A DNA stretch of 64,000 nt from a candidate division WOR-3 bacterium (GTDB lineage Bacteria; Hydrothermota; Tepidihabitantia; Tepidihabitantales; Tepidihabitantaceae): assembly GCA_965649295.1 (NCBI GenBank), contig CBFGKH010000008.1, forward strand, positions 64,001 to 128,000, written 5' to 3'. The notes beneath the pieces are model-generated. The model searched no databases. It saw only the letters and a list, made by a program, of their open reading frames with translations, and was not told the DNA's origin. Both the position numbers and the translations under genes were made by a program. How positions within the stretch are numbered: the stretch's first letter is position 1; each line of letters begins with the position of its first letter. This document shows positions 37,361 to 46,677 of this stretch, piece by piece.

Positions 37361-39517
37361 ATGCTAGTGGTCTTGCTGCTGGTTGGGCTGGTGCCGGCAG
37401 ATTCGAGCCGGCCGGCGATTGCGGCGAGATTCACAACGGTTGCGCCCGTGATTGACGGCGAGCTGGAGGAGGTCTGGCAACAGGCTGACCCGGCCACGAA
37501 CTTCACTCAGCTCACCCCGAACTGGGACTCGGCGGCTACCGACCTGACTACTGCCTGTGTGCTCTACGACCGGCAAAATATCTACGTCGCGTTCCGCTGC
37601 TTTGTCCACGACCCCAAAACCATTCGCGCCCGGCTTTCGGATACGCCGGACGGCGTCCGGCTGTTCTTCGACACATTTGAGGACCACAACAGTTGTTATC
37701 AGTTCGTAGTCAACGCCTCTGGCACCGAGCAGGGCTACCGGTTGACCGAGAACGGTACGATGGTAGCGAAATGGGATGGTGTCTGGCGCTCGGCAGTAAA
37801 GGTAGCTGACTGGGGCTATGCGGTAGAGCTGGCGATACCGTTCAAGACATTGCGCTATCCGCCAACGAAGACCACCTGGGGGGTTGATTTCGGTCGCTAT
37901 ACGGTCTCACGGGGTGAGAAGAGCTTCTGGTGCCGTCACCAGCAGACCGGGTTCAGAGTCGAGAATATGGGCCGGCTAACCGGCATCACCCCGCCGCCGC
38001 CAGGACTGCATCTGGAGGTCTATCCGGTCGCGCTCGGCCGCGCTGCTAAGACCGGCGAACCGTGGCGCGATTCGCTCTCAGCCGCTGCCGGCCTGGACAT
38101 GTCGTGGTTGCCGACGCCGTCTGCCAATGTCCAGCTCACAGTGCTGCCTGATTTTGCCCAGATTGAGGCTGATCCATATCAGCTCAATCTGACCAAGTAT
38201 GAACTCTGGCTTGCCGAGCGCCGACCGTTCTTTACCGAGGCGCAGGAGAACTTCGGCAGCGCAGTCGGGACTGCCCGGATGTTCTACTCGCGCCGCATTG
38301 GCAAGGCGTTGCCGGACGGCAGCGTGGTGCCGATTCTCGGTGGGCTGAAGTACACCGACCGCTGGGGCCGATATCAGGTCGGTGCGCTCGCTGCCCTGAC
38401 CGGCAAGACTGATTACGACTACTATGGCAGCCGCTTGACTGAACCCCAGAGCTGGTTCAGTGTGGCGTCCTTGCGGCGCGGCATTTTTGAGAACTCAGAG
38501 GTCGGTTTGCTCTACGCTGGCAAGGATAACGCTTACGGTCACAACAATGGGCTGCGGGCTGATGCCACGTTGCGGTTTGGCGAGCTGACTGCCGGGCTCG
38601 TCGGCGCTGCCAGCCTGCGCTACGATACGCTGCATGACTTCGCCAGCTTGATAAGGCCCGGAACAAGCGACAGTTTTGATTGGGCTACGGGAGCCGGCCT
38701 GAGCTACGAGACTTCAACCTTCACCGGGTCGGTCGCGCTGCGCCATGTCGGTCCTGAGTTTGATATGAATGGGCCTGGTTTCACGACTTGGCGCGGGCAG
38801 GAGCTGAGCCTCAATGCCGGTCCGGTCGTCTATAACCGCGGCCCGTTTCGTTATGCGATGCTGACCTTTTCGGCCAATGCGAACCGGGAATGGGATTACA
38901 AGGAGCCAGGGCCGGACTGGGGGGTGACGACCAATCCTTATGCGATCTTTCAGAATCGCTGCGGCCTTGCGTTATGGGGTGGGTTTAGCCGTAGTCGGTA
39001 CCAGGACCAAGGCGGCACCGAGCACCGGTACTCTGGGGCTAACCTGGGTTGCCATATCTTTACTGATGAGAGTCAGCCAGTATCGGGATGGGTCTGGGCC
39101 GACTTCAACACCCAGACCTACAACTACAACCGTCAGGTGTTGGCACCAAGCGGTTCCGGCGGCGGCTATCTGATGGTGCAGGTCGGCGATCGAGCCCAGG
39201 TCTCGACCGAGGCCAATCTGACGCTGGAGTTTCCTGAGCGGGGAGGGGTTAGTTGGCAGCGAGACGTGACCGTCGTGTTGCGGCCTAGGCTTGACTATGC
39301 GCTCAGCCCCAAGATGACAGTTGGTATTGGTAACGAGATAGTGGACGCGGCAGTTGGCGACGGCATGCGCGCCTGGACGTACCGCCTGACTGGCCTCTAC
39401 TCCTATACGTTTCTACCACGGAGCACAGTTTACTTTGCCTGGAATATGAATCTGGGCGAGGACAAGCCAACCGAACTGGTGCAGGTAATCAAGCTGCGCT
39501 ATCTCTTCGTGTTCTGA
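37361..39517 (+). CDS. CBM9-like + DUF5916 outer-membrane protein
   Basis: PVIDGELEEVW, ELAIPFKTLRY, PDFAQIEAD, ERRPFF, FYSRRIG; C-terminal YLFVF. Confidence 0.82.
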   Translation: MLVVLLLVGLVPADSSRPAIAARFTTVAPVIDGELEEVWQQADPATNFTQLTPNWDSAATDLTTACVLYDRQNIYVAFRCFVHDPKTIRARLSDTPDGVRLFFDTFEDHNSCYQFVVNASGTEQGYRLTENGTMVAKWDGVWRSAVKVADWGYAVELAIPFKTLRYPPTKTTWGVDFGRYTVSRGEKSFWCRHQQTGFRVENMGRLTGITPPPPGLHLEVYPVALGRAAKTGEPWRDSLSAAAGLDMSWLPTPSANVQLTVLPDFAQIEADPYQLNLTKYELWLAERRPFFTEAQENFGSAVGTARMFYSRRIGKALPDGSVVPILGGLKYTDRWGRYQVGALAALTGKTDYDYYGSRLTEPQSWFSVASLRRGIFENSEVGLLYAGKDNAYGHNNGLRADATLRFGELTAGLVGAASLRYDTLHDFASLIRPGTSDSFDWATGAGLSYETSTFTGSVALRHVGPEFDMNGPGFTTWRGQELSLNAGPVVYNRGPFRYAMLTFSANANREWDYKEPGPDWGVTTNPYAIFQNRCGLALWGGFSRSRYQDQGGTEHRYSGANLGCHIFTDESQPVSGWVWADFNTQTYNYNRQVLAPSGSGGGYLMVQVGDRAQVSTEANLTLEFPERGGVSWQRDVTVVLRPRLDYALSPKMTVGIGNEIVDAAVGDGMRAWTYRLTGLYSYTFLPRSTVYFAWNMNLGEDKPTELVQVIKLRYLFVF

Positions 39518-39570
39518 ACAGGGAGGGGACGCTTCTGTCCAGCGGTGGGCGAGTTGCGGACGGACGCCGG

Positions 39571-40233
39571 TCAGGGTACGACAGTAACCACTAGCACCGG
39601 CGACCAGCCACTAGCGGCGCCGAGCGTGTCCTGGGCCCTGACCCGGACCCAATACTCGCCAGGAGCAGACCAGGAATAGAGCAGTCGGGCAGTGTCGCCG
39701 CTAGCGTAACCGCTAGCGGTCGTGGTCCGGCCATCACCCCAGTCAAAGCAGTAGCTGATGATGTCGGCCTCAGGGTCGGTTGTTGCCGCGCGAAACTCGG
39801 CAGCCGAGTCAGCCGGCAGGGTGTCCCGTCCGAGCACAGCTGTTGGCGGTAGCGGCGGCGCGTTGATTACGGTCACCTGTTTTGGCTCTGACCAGGCTGA
39901 TGCCGGTCGGTCGGCAGCCACAGCGATGACTCGACAGCGGACAGTGAAGTGGCCGGTGTCGAGCCAAGTATGGACTAGGGTCACAGTATCACCGAGCCGC
40001 AGCGGCCCAGTAGTCTCGGTGGCAACGTTGCTCCAGACTATCACATAGCAGATACGGGCGACGACGTCGGGCTGATTGTAGAATCGAAACGTGCCCGGTT
40101 CATGATGGTGAAGGGTGTCGGGACCGGCTGGGGTTTCGGGCATGGGCAGGTCATTGCGGCCGCAGCAGAAAATGAGGAGTGCCGCCAGCAAAGGCGGCAC
40201 TCCTCCTAACAGGTGTTTCAGACCAGCCCTCAA
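39571..40233 (-). CDS. PKD-domain lipoprotein
   Basis: Lipobox-like Cys; TDPEAD.ISYCFDWGDG, YWVRVRAQD. Confidence 0.75.
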   Translation of the reverse strand: MRAGLKHLLGGVPPLLAALLIFCCGRNDLPMPETPAGPDTLHHHEPGTFRFYNQPDVVARICYVIVWSNVATETTGPLRLGDTVTLVHTWLDTGHFTVRCRVIAVAADRPASAWSEPKQVTVINAPPLPPTAVLGRDTLPADSAAEFRAATTDPEADIISYCFDWGDGRTTTASGYASGDTARLLYSWSAPGEYWVRVRAQDTLGAASGWSPVLVVTVVP

Positions 40234-42363
40234 CTAGCGAGCGCCATACCGACCGGTGTGGCGGGCGTCGTGGTGGAACATCGGCCAGGGCGTTGTTGCC
40301 AGACGCCGGTTGGCCGCTGGGCCGGCAACGGCAAACAGGCCGCTCTGAGTGGCGACATAGATGATGCCGTATTCGTCAAGTACTGGCGATGGTTGCTCGC
40401 TGAAGCCAAACCGACGGGCGCCCGATGGCGGAAGCAGGTCGAGGTACCAGCGGACAAAGCCGAACCGATCGAGCGAGAAGAGCCGTTCGTCATCATCAAC
40501 AAGATAGAAGCCGTCCTGATACACGACCGGCGTGGCAGAGAATGCGTAGGTCGAAATCGGCTTCGGCCAGCCAGGCTCAGACTGGCGGGTCTGGATGTTG
40601 ATGTTGTGGAACCGGCCGTTCTCGTCGGCAATATAAATATTGCCGTCGGTGCCGAAGACGGGTGACGATGTGAAAGCAGTTGACTCGGCAGTGTAGGTCC
40701 ACTGGATGGCGCCGTCCTTGACGGCGTGCAGGCGACCAGCCTCAGTGGCGACATAGGCGGTGCCGTCGGGACCAATCGCCGGGCTGGCAGTGATGCCAAC
40801 CGGGTCGGTGGCTACGGTCCAGACAACGGCGCCGGCCGGAGTAACCTTGTACACGAAGCCGGAGTCGTCGGCGACGATGACATTGCCGGCTCCGTCAATT
40901 ACCGGCGATGAGGATGCCTCATAGCGCAGGTCAACAGCCCAGTTGTGGGTGTAGGTCGAGCCGTTGTCGGTTATCTTGTGGAGCTTGCGGTCGTCGCCAG
41001 CAAAGTAGATGGCGTTGCCGTCAATTGCCGGCGTGGTGGTGATGTCAATCCCGGTTGCCGAGTCAGGATAGTGCCAGACCAAGGAACAGTTGGGGGCGAT
41101 TGCAAAGAGCGTACCATTGTCGTTGCCGATGTAGATTGTGCCGTTGGTGTTGATGGCGGGGGACGAACTGAAGCCTTCGAGGTCGTCGCCAAGCGTGCCG
41201 CGGTCGAGCAGCCGTCGTGCGGTCGGGCCGAGGTGGGCATCAATACAGACAATCGCCTCGTCTTCGTTGCCGAAGCTCTTGCTGCCGATGACGAGCGCGG
41301 TCTGATTGCCGCCGCGATAGGGCATGGTGCTGATAGCCGGAGAGCTGATGAATTCGCCACTAATCGCCCAAATCTGCTGTCCCTCGCCGACAACGCGGAA
41401 GGTAGTAGCACGTTCGGCCGAACGGGCACCATAAGGGTCAATTGCGACGACTCGGATGTTGAACGTGCCGGTATCGGTAGGAGTCCAGGTGGCAAAACCA
41501 GTGCTGCCACTGCGGAAGTAGCTGGTAGTCACACTGTCACTTGCGCCGAAATAGAAGCGGTAGCAGATACTGTCGCCATCGTCGTCAATCGCCCAGACAT
41601 AGAAGCGATAGGCCGGGCCGTTGGCCATGCCTTGGGACGGGGCAGCATCAAACGTTGGCGTGCCTGGGGCGCGATTGCCGCCCGGAACCTGGATGGTGAT
41701 GACGGTCGGCGGTGAGGCCGGTGAAGTGTCGCCGCGGACATCAATTGCCCAAGCAGTGATGGTCTTCTGGCCGGCGCTGGGATAGCGGACATAAGCAGTG
41801 GCAGTGCCACCGCTGGGGAGGGTTGGGCTCTCGTAAGGGTTGAGGCCGGGGTCGCCAAAAGTAATCAGGACGCGCAGCGAGTCGTTGTCCGGGTCGGTTG
41901 CCGAGGTGGTAATGGTCAGCAGCGAGTCCTTGAAAAGCGGCCCAGACACAGCCGGCTGAGTTGGCGCATTGGGACGCTGGTTCGGCGGTGGATTGGCCGA
42001 ATCGTAATAGACCCGCACTCGGAGCGTATCTGACCAGTCCGGGCTGTACAGGCCCTTTTCGTCTTTGGCTTTGACGCGAATGTAGTAAACGCCAAGTGAA
42101 CGCCAGGCGTGGCTGGCGGTTACGGTCTGGCCGGATTTGACCAGGTCGGTTACGGTTGAATCGCCGTCGCGCCAGTCAAAGATGTACAGTATGCGATCGC
42201 GATTGGGGTCGGTGGTAACAGCGGTATAGGCGGCGGTGTCGCCGAGCGCTACCGAGTCTGGCCCAGTCGGCCGAGCCGGGACTCGCGGCGCCTTATTACG
42301 ACAGCCGGCTGCGAGCAGCAGAATCATTGCGGCCAGCAGCGTACAGACCAGGTTTCGTTTCAC
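40234..42363 (-). CDS. Lipoprotein with PKD repeats and PQQ-type beta-propeller
   Basis: LAAGC lipobox; YIFDWRDG; repeated SSPAI..DG.IY; WPMFHHDARHTG. Confidence 0.85.
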   Translation of the reverse strand: MKRNLVCTLLAAMILLLAAGCRNKAPRVPARPTGPDSVALGDTAAYTAVTTDPNRDRILYIFDWRDGDSTVTDLVKSGQTVTASHAWRSLGVYYIRVKAKDEKGLYSPDWSDTLRVRVYYDSANPPPNQRPNAPTQPAVSGPLFKDSLLTITTSATDPDNDSLRVLITFGDPGLNPYESPTLPSGGTATAYVRYPSAGQKTITAWAIDVRGDTSPASPPTVITIQVPGGNRAPGTPTFDAAPSQGMANGPAYRFYVWAIDDDGDSICYRFYFGASDSVTTSYFRSGSTGFATWTPTDTGTFNIRVVAIDPYGARSAERATTFRVVGEGQQIWAISGEFISSPAISTMPYRGGNQTALVIGSKSFGNEDEAIVCIDAHLGPTARRLLDRGTLGDDLEGFSSSPAINTNGTIYIGNDNGTLFAIAPNCSLVWHYPDSATGIDITTTPAIDGNAIYFAGDDRKLHKITDNGSTYTHNWAVDLRYEASSSPVIDGAGNVIVADDSGFVYKVTPAGAVVWTVATDPVGITASPAIGPDGTAYVATEAGRLHAVKDGAIQWTYTAESTAFTSSPVFGTDGNIYIADENGRFHNINIQTRQSEPGWPKPISTYAFSATPVVYQDGFYLVDDDERLFSLDRFGFVRWYLDLLPPSGARRFGFSEQPSPVLDEYGIIYVATQSGLFAVAGPAANRRLATTPWPMFHHDARHTGRYGAR

Positions 42364-42457
42364 AACTCCTCCTAAAGATCGGTGGCTTCCTGCAAGATAA
42401 AGCAACATAAGAGGATAGCCAAAATCGCGTGCGCGTCAATACTCAGGATGTTTCAGA

Positions 42458-42660
42458 GCTGTGGGGAGATAAAGTGGTGCGCGGTGCGCCTTGGGCTTAG
42501 GCGCACCGCGCTGGTGTTGGTCCCCGTCGAGATTTGATTGACTGGTGAAGGAAGGAGGGGACACTTGTGAGCGCAAAACCCTCCCTTGAGACAGTTGGAG
42601 AGAACCTCAGCTTGGCTCGGTCTAAAACTCTCCAAGGCCCACCACGTTACTACCCCAGCG
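42458..42660 (-). ncRNA. Candidate sigma54-dependent structured sRNA (~200 nt), family unknown
   Basis: 5' end GCTGGGGTAGTAACGTGGTG can pair with 3' end CACCACTTTATCTCCCCACAGC; three internal hairpins; begins 12 nt after a -12 GC. Confidence 0.65.
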
Positions 42661-42670
42661 TTTCCCTTAC

Positions 42671-42687
42671 TGCAACTCCTGTTCCAG
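42671..42687 (-). promoter_or_regulatory. Sigma54 (-24/-12) promoter
   Basis: CTGGAACAGGAGTTGCA (GG-N10-GC). Confidence 0.7.
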
Positions 42688-42711
42688 CAGCCAAGGTTTC
42701 CATTGTCTTCT

Positions 42712-42765
42712 GTAAGTGTCACACTTACGCATCTTGTGGGAAGGTATGCGACCAATAATGTCGCA
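42712..42765. promoter_or_regulatory. Putative enhancer (UAS) and second palindromic site upstream of the sigma54 promoter
   Basis: TGCGAC-N7-GTCGCA (42747-65); GTAAGTGT-C-ACACTTAC (42712-28). Confidence 0.6.
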
Positions 42766-42814
42766 CTAGCTTAGAAAGTGCCGTATTCTTCTGCTTTAGA
42801 ACAGCAGAAAACGG

Positions 42815-44410
42815 CTATAGATTGTATTCGTCGAGCTTGCGCCGCAGGGTGTCGCGGTGGATTCCGAGTAGTTCTGCGGCCTTGGTCTGGTTGTTACCAG
42901 TCTTGGCCAGGGCTTCCTTGATCGCCAGTCGTTCTAGCTGCTGTAGATTGAGGGTGCCGGTGATCTTTTCAATTGAGACGGACTGTCCGGTCGGAGCACT
43001 GGCGCTGGGCGGGTGGAGGAGGCTGGCCATGGCCAGGGTTGACATTATGTGACCGAGGCCGAGCTGTTTGCTACCGTCGTATTGGGCGCGTTCGTAGGCC
43101 CGTTCGATTACGTTGCACAGTGTCCGGATGTTGCTGACGAAGATCTGGTTGCCGCCATCGATGTGTTCCTGAACGAGCTGGGTCAGGAACTTGACTGCAG
43201 CCGGTTCGGCGGTGAGTTTATTCGGATGGCGCGGACTGGCGTTCATTTGATTGATGATGTACTCAAAGTAGTCGCCGATGTCGGCAGCCACGACCTGCGG
43301 CGACTCAGACTGCCAGCGTTCGCGCAGGGACGGAACAATTATGCAGTGCTGGACAAGACGGGCGTAGAAGTCGGGCCGGAAGCGAACTTGAAGTTCGGCA
43401 ATAGTGCGGTTGGTAGCGGCGATAATCCGCATGTCCACCACGGTCTCAGTGGATGAACCGAGTCGTTTGATGCGGTGGTGTTCAATCGCCCGGAGGAGTT
43501 TGACCTGAACTTCTTGGTCAACATCACCGATTTCGTCGAGGAGAACAGTCGAGCCCTGGGCGGCCTCGAAGATACCCGCTCGCTCGCCGGTAGCGCCGGT
43601 GAAGGCGCCTCTTTCATGGCCGAACAGTTCGTCCTCGATAAGGCTACGTTCGAGCGAGGCCATGTTGACGGTGCAGGGATACTCACGGAGCCGGTCCTGG
43701 GCACGATAGCGACTACTACAGCGGTGCAGGGCGTTGGCCACCAGTTCCTTGCCAGAGCCAGTCGGACCAAGCAGGATGACTGCCGCATCGGAGGGGCCGA
43801 TTCGTTCAATCTCGTAGGCGAGGAGCGCCATTTTGCGGGCCCGGCCGATGACCATGTGATGGTCATCCAGCCAGCGCTGGCGCCGGTTTTCGTCGAGTGG
43901 CCGCAGGGCCAGGGTATCAATGCTTTCGCAGATATGGGGATAGTAGTTCTCGCCGGCTGCCCGTTCCGGCACAAAATTACAGATTCCGTATCCGGGATGG
44001 ACAATGAACTCGGCGAACTCGCTAAGTGATTCGGTGCCGATGCGGCCAGAGACAAACAGTACTGGTGCTACTCGATCGATATCATCGTGGCGAAGGTGGG
44101 CATAGATAATGAATCCCTGCAATGCCTGGTTGTCGAACGGCCGCGAGCTGGGCCGCAACGAGGCTGGTCGCGCGGCGAGCTTGCGTTCGTCCTTGATGTG
44201 CGAGAAGTCAATATCCTGGACAATTAGCGACACAAAACGACCGGTGTTGTGGCGATACCAATCGCGAAGCGCGGCGAGACAGTCGATGTGTTCGAAGTCG
44301 AACTCGGCCGCCAGCCGGCCGCCAGCATAGCTACGGGCATGGCTGACTAGGGTGTCGAAGCTGGTTTTCAGGTCATCGATGACGAGGATAACGGGTTTAG
44401 GGTCGGGCAT
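42815..44410 (-). CDS. Sigma54-dependent activator (bEBP) with divergent receiver domain
   Basis: VILVIDD/QDIDF receiver-like N-terminus; GPTGSGKE, ELFGHERGAFTGA, LLDEIGD; Fis HTH. Confidence 0.93.
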   Translation of the reverse strand: MPDPKPVILVIDDLKTSFDTLVSHARSYAGGRLAAEFDFEHIDCLAALRDWYRHNTGRFVSLIVQDIDFSHIKDERKLAARPASLRPSSRPFDNQALQGFIIYAHLRHDDIDRVAPVLFVSGRIGTESLSEFAEFIVHPGYGICNFVPERAAGENYYPHICESIDTLALRPLDENRRQRWLDDHHMVIGRARKMALLAYEIERIGPSDAAVILLGPTGSGKELVANALHRCSSRYRAQDRLREYPCTVNMASLERSLIEDELFGHERGAFTGATGERAGIFEAAQGSTVLLDEIGDVDQEVQVKLLRAIEHHRIKRLGSSTETVVDMRIIAATNRTIAELQVRFRPDFYARLVQHCIIVPSLRERWQSESPQVVAADIGDYFEYIINQMNASPRHPNKLTAEPAAVKFLTQLVQEHIDGGNQIFVSNIRTLCNVIERAYERAQYDGSKQLGLGHIMSTLAMASLLHPPSASAPTGQSVSIEKITGTLNLQQLERLAIKEALAKTGNNQTKAAELLGIHRDTLRRKLDEYNL

Positions 44411-44412
44411 CG

Positions 44413-46626
44413 CTATTGTGATTGTAGGCTTTGGGGTTGGGTTTGCAAGCGGTTATGGGCCTCCTGCAACACCGAGATGAGGTCGGTGATGCGGAGCCAG
44501 AGTTTTTCTTCGGGGTGGGCTGGTTGCCAGTCTGGGCCGGGCGCGTCGAGGGCGGGGCGCAAGTTGGTAACGAGCTCGGTGAGCTCACTGACGAGGTGTC
44601 CCTGGCGCTGACCGAGATCAATCCTCTCGGTCGAGTCGGAGTAAAGGGTGATGAGGAGCTTGCGGTTCCACTGGGTGCTGACGATGTAATCGAGGACGAT
44701 TGCGCCCTTGTTGTGGGCGTAGCTGAAGTGGTCGATCAGCAGGTGCTCAAACACGCTGCGCAGCCGTGGGCTGGAGAACCAGCGCAATTGGCCGTAGATG
44801 TCGGGGTACTCCCGGTTGCGAACGCAGAGAATCCTGAAACCGGGCTGGGCCAGTTCTTGGTCTAGCTGTTCACGGCTGATGGTTGCAACGCTAGTTTCGG
44901 GCCGGATATGTAGCGCGGTCTTGGTAATGAAATCAAGAGCCAGGTCGGTCGGGGTCCTTTCGATGAGCCGGGTGACAGCAGCAGAGTAGTGTGGTTCGAT
45001 GCGGGTTCGAATCTGCCCCAGGTCATAATCGTCCTTCAGTCCAGCGCGGTCGCGTATATCGATAAGCCGATCCAGCGCGGCCGGCCAGTTGCCCTTGGAG
45101 ATGAAGTTGTGTTCGAGAGCGACAAAATCGACTGCCAAGCCGGTGCGAACCGATAGTGGCAGACTTTCGATGAGCTGACGGGTTGTCTTTCGTCGTCGTA
45201 GCAGGATAAGCGCTAGACTGATAACGAGACCTAGACCTAGGGCGGAGATTAGCAAGGTGGGCAACAGGCGCCGGACTGAGAAAGGAGTTCGTCGCAGCCG
45301 GGGTGTTGGAAGCTGACGGTTGGGGTCGAGGCTGGCATTGAGCAGTTCGAGCCGACGCAGGGCCCGTTGGAGACCGGTTTCGTCGCCGGCCAGGGCAGCG
45401 GCATTTGCCCTCGCTTCGGCCTCGACAATGGCCTGCCGCAGGTGATGGAGGTTGTTCTTGAACAGGTCAATCCGATAGGGTGAGTCGGCCGCGGTGCGAA
45501 CGACTACCAGATCGGGAAAGGTGTCAGCGCCAAGTTGGGCAGTGAGCAGGTGCCGGAAGGTGACGCCGTTGTAGCCGGGCGAGTAGTCAACCGCATCGGC
45601 TAGGTTGGCGGGTAGTAGGTGGAATGTTTCCGGCCCAGACGGCTTTCGCCAGATTACGAGTAACCGACCAGCAACGGGCGCAAGCAGGACTGGTCGGCCC
45701 AAAGTGGGAGCGAACAGATGTTTCGCACACTGCCGTCCGGAATCGTCGAACGCGGCGATGAATCCCTGGTTATCAGGAGCGAGAGTACCAGCAACATAGC
45801 AGGCGCCGGTTGTGGCCAGCACAGCCAGGCCGCTCGCCGGGCTTCCGTCAATCACCAGCGGGGCAGACCAGCGAACCTGGGCGGTGGTGCCGCCAAGACA
45901 GGTGAGGATCGAGGACGAACTGCCGTCGGTCGTCGGGCCGGCCAAGCCGACGATTTCGGGCTCGCCGTCCTGATCAATGTCAGCGCAGGAGAACTTGCTG
46001 ATGGCCGGTACACGAATGACCAGCTCGCGGCGGCCGCCGAGGTCAGCTACCAGCAGTCCATCTGGACCAGCGGCGACAAACTCGGGGATTCCGTCGCCGT
46101 CGAGCTCACAGAGCAGCGATTGGTTTGAGGCGTGGCCGGGTCGCAGCCGGTTGCTGGTAGCGGTGTTTTGGGTCAGGGCAATCAGCCAGGCGGTGTCGCC
46201 AGCCCAGGCGCAGCAGTGCAGTGTCTCACCGCGGCCCGGCGAGACGAAGGTGAGGCTGTCAACATTAGTGGGCAGGATTTTCGCCGATTGCCAGCGCCAC
46301 TGACCGAAGATGTTGGTGCTGACTATTGTGCCCTGGGTGGCAAAGTAGAGAGAAGAATCGACCCCAGCCAGTGCAGTAGCGCCGGCCGGAGCTTGGCCGA
46401 CAATCCGCAGGGTGTCGGCCAGCGAGACGGTGGCAAGCCGACCGTCGGCGAGCAGCAGATAGACGACGTCACCGCCAGGTTGGTGAAGGACCGTCACTGC
46501 TCGGGGTCGAGCCGCGAGCTTGAAGGATTGCAGCGGCGACAGGAGGCCGGCCTCGGCGGGCAGCACCAACGCCAAGAGGGTCAGCAACGGAAGCAGGCGA
46601 TGATGGGGCGTGGGTGCCAGGACCAC
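44413..46626 (-). CDS. Membrane sensor-like protein: FG-GAP propeller + TM + degenerate histidine-kinase-like region
   Basis: Signal peptide; DGDGIPE and DIDQDGEPE repeats; one TM; LEHNF and LRSVFEHLLIDHFSYA. Confidence 0.7.
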   Translation of the reverse strand: MVLAPTPHHRLLPLLTLLALVLPAEAGLLSPLQSFKLAARPRAVTVLHQPGGDVVYLLLADGRLATVSLADTLRIVGQAPAGATALAGVDSSLYFATQGTIVSTNIFGQWRWQSAKILPTNVDSLTFVSPGRGETLHCCAWAGDTAWLIALTQNTATSNRLRPGHASNQSLLCELDGDGIPEFVAAGPDGLLVADLGGRRELVIRVPAISKFSCADIDQDGEPEIVGLAGPTTDGSSSSILTCLGGTTAQVRWSAPLVIDGSPASGLAVLATTGACYVAGTLAPDNQGFIAAFDDSGRQCAKHLFAPTLGRPVLLAPVAGRLLVIWRKPSGPETFHLLPANLADAVDYSPGYNGVTFRHLLTAQLGADTFPDLVVVRTAADSPYRIDLFKNNLHHLRQAIVEAEARANAAALAGDETGLQRALRRLELLNASLDPNRQLPTPRLRRTPFSVRRLLPTLLISALGLGLVISLALILLRRRKTTRQLIESLPLSVRTGLAVDFVALEHNFISKGNWPAALDRLIDIRDRAGLKDDYDLGQIRTRIEPHYSAAVTRLIERTPTDLALDFITKTALHIRPETSVATISREQLDQELAQPGFRILCVRNREYPDIYGQLRWFSSPRLRSVFEHLLIDHFSYAHNKGAIVLDYIVSTQWNRKLLITLYSDSTERIDLGQRQGHLVSELTELVTNLRPALDAPGPDWQPAHPEEKLWLRITDLISVLQEAHNRLQTQPQSLQSQ

Positions 46627-46677
46627 CGCCTAACTGTAGCCCGGTGGTGAGAACTGTCAACCGGGCCGAGTCGCCAA

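Noticed and set aside
42458..42660. tmRNA, RNase P, SRP or tRNA identity for the candidate RNA
   Set aside because: Length and hallmark motifs do not fit by eye; 6S seems unlikely given the multibranch fold but is not excluded without Rfam
42453..42774. Short ORFs in the bEBP-PKD intergenic region
   Set aside because: No SD, no recognisable protein features, and they overlap the promoter and hairpin elements
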